Of a DNA stretch of 24,179 bases, positions 22,924 to 24,179 are shown in pieces. Location: the UHGV virus genome UHGV-0071260. One strand, written 5' to 3'. Made by a program: the position numbers and the translations under genes. This DNA comes from a virus. The notes below the pieces were generated by a model. It was given only the letters and a program-made list of their open reading frames with translations. It had not been told where the DNA came from and searched no databases. The stretch's first letter is position 1. Every line of letters begins with the position of its first letter.

Positions 22924-23985
22924 ATGTATTTTACTAGAGAAAATTTAGCCACAAACGCCCGTATGCAAGCGCACTGGAGCGAACTGTGGGCGCAGCGCAA
23001 TATCTTTAATGCGCAGCATAACGCGATGATTGCAGCTAACCGCGCGAATATGACCGCTGAAATGCTGGCCTGTAACGCTGTTGGCGGCTTCGAAAAAGAA
23101 TTCTGGAAAGAAATCGATAATCAGATTATCGAACTGAGCCAGGAAGAAATCGGTATTGAGATCGTCAACGACCTGATGGCTGTGCAAACCGTACTGCCTA
23201 TCGGTAAAACGCTGAAAATGTACAGCGTAGCAGGCGATATCAACGATGAAGTCGTTATGTCTATGGATGGTCAAGCGCCACACGGCTTTGATCACACCGA
23301 ATACGGTAGCGATGGCGACCCGATTCCAATGTTCACCGCAGGTTACGGTGTTAACTGGCGTCACGCTGCTGGGTTAAATACCGTTGGTATTGACCTCGCC
23401 CTGGATAGCCAGCGCCTTAAATTGCGCCAGTTCAACAAACGCCGCGTTAAATTCTACCTTGAAGGGAATGACGCGATGGTCGTTGATGGTCATAAGGCGA
23501 TGGGCCTGAAAACCCACAAGAATACACAGAAATTGAGCCTGAAAACCGCGAAAATCGACCTGACTACCGCCACCTTTGACGTGCTGATTAAATTCTTCAC
23601 TACTGGTGCTTTCGGTGCTCTGGCCCGCGCTAACTTCGTAGCTAAGTACGATGTCATGTGGGTATCCCCTGAAATCATGGCTAACCTGGCTGCGCCTCAC
23701 ATCGTTAATGGCGCTGTTGTTGGTCGTGTTCTGGATGTTATCAAGCCATACCTCCCGGTTGGTGAAGTTCGCCAGACCTTCGCGCTGACAGGTAACGAAT
23801 TTATTGCCTACCAGCGCCAGAAATCAGTAATTAGCCCGCTGATCGGTATGACCACTGGTGTTGTTCCGCTGCCGCGCCAGATGCCGACTGATAACTACAA
23901 CTTCCGCATCATGTCTGCCGAGGGTCTACAGATCACTGCTGACATGGCTGGTCGTTCAGGTGTTGTCTTTGGTAGCGGTGAGTAA
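22924..23985 (+). CDS. putative major capsid protein
   Basis: 353 aa; last gene of the head module, followed by a strong terminator; AAGAGG RBS. Assigned by size and synteny. Confidence 0.55.
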   Translation: MYFTRENLATNARMQAHWSELWAQRNIFNAQHNAMIAANRANMTAEMLACNAVGGFEKEFWKEIDNQIIELSQEEIGIEIVNDLMAVQTVLPIGKTLKMYSVAGDINDEVVMSMDGQAPHGFDHTEYGSDGDPIPMFTAGYGVNWRHAAGLNTVGIDLALDSQRLKLRQFNKRRVKFYLEGNDAMVVDGHKAMGLKTHKNTQKLSLKTAKIDLTTATFDVLIKFFTTGAFGALARANFVAKYDVMWVSPEIMANLAAPHIVNGAVVGRVLDVIKPYLPVGEVRQTFALTGNEFIAYQRQKSVISPLIGMTTGVVPLPRQMPTDNYNFRIMSAEGLQITADMAGRSGVVFGSGE

Positions 23986-24005
23986 TTAGCATCTTCTCTG
24001 TAACT

Positions 24006-24033
24006 CCCCGGCGCGATGCCGGGGATTTTTTTT
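24006..24033 (+). terminator. rho-independent terminator after the capsid gene
   Basis: Stem CCCCGGC / GCCGGGG with loop GCGAT followed by eight T. Confidence 0.75.
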
Positions 24034-24050
24034 GTATGTGGAGCAAACAA

Positions 24051-24179
24051 ATGGTCACTACAGAACAGGCGCGGGAATATCTTGAAAGCCAGGGTATTGA
24101 CCTGCCAGACGTTATCTTATCTTTGCTGGTGGAGCAGGCAAACAGCGTTAACGAATGCCTTGATGCCAACTATCCGGCC
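24051..24179 (+). CDS. hypothetical protein, 3'-truncated at the window edge
   Basis: ATG 24051 after GGAG; reading frame open to the window end (MVTTEQAREYLESQGIDLPDVILSLLVEQANS...). Confidence 0.4.
   Translation, partial: MVTTEQAREYLESQGIDLPDVILSLLVEQANSVNECLDANYPA

Noticed and set aside
1-24179. tRNA genes, CRISPR arrays, integrase, transposase or attachment sites
   Set aside because: No T-loop/acceptor-like tRNA signature, no direct-repeat/spacer array and no recombinase-like ORF seen on manual inspection; a tRNA scan and CRISPR finder would be needed to confirm absence.

Overview
The window reads as a lambdoid-type phage or prophage segment with every supported gene on the + strand and tight start/stop overlaps throughout. 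In order: (1) a nin-like early region of small ORFs (1-2600); (2) a four-gene DNA-modification module (2611-4732) of Dam-family N6-adenine methyltransferase, unknown protein, compact polytopic membrane protein and a divergent C5-cytosine-methyltransferase-like protein; (3) NinG, RusA and a Q-like antiterminator (4892-7226); (4) about 6 kb of some 27 translationally coupled small ORFs (7226-13277), including a two-member and a four-member tandem paralog family; (5) a lysis cassette of pinholin, SAR endolysin, an inserted HNH-AP2 homing endonuclease and Rz/Rz1 (13382-15044); (6) an HExxH-motif protein, a second HNH-AP2 endonuclease, and a tandem array of seven single-helix mini-ORFs absent from the supplied ORF track (15324-16891); (7) terminase small and large subunits, portal, Mu-F-like head morphogenesis protein, putative scaffold/protease, and major capsid protein with a strong terminator (16903-24033). 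The most unusual signals are the seven-membered mini-ORF array just upstream of terS, the tandem paralog families, a CRP-consensus-like palindrome (GTGAT-N4-ATCACA) recurring in three intergenic regions, and the methyltransferase module with a PCD-variant catalytic motif. No tRNA, rRNA, CRISPR array, integrase or transposase was recognised. All functional calls rest on motif recognition by eye and recalled family signatures; no database search was run.
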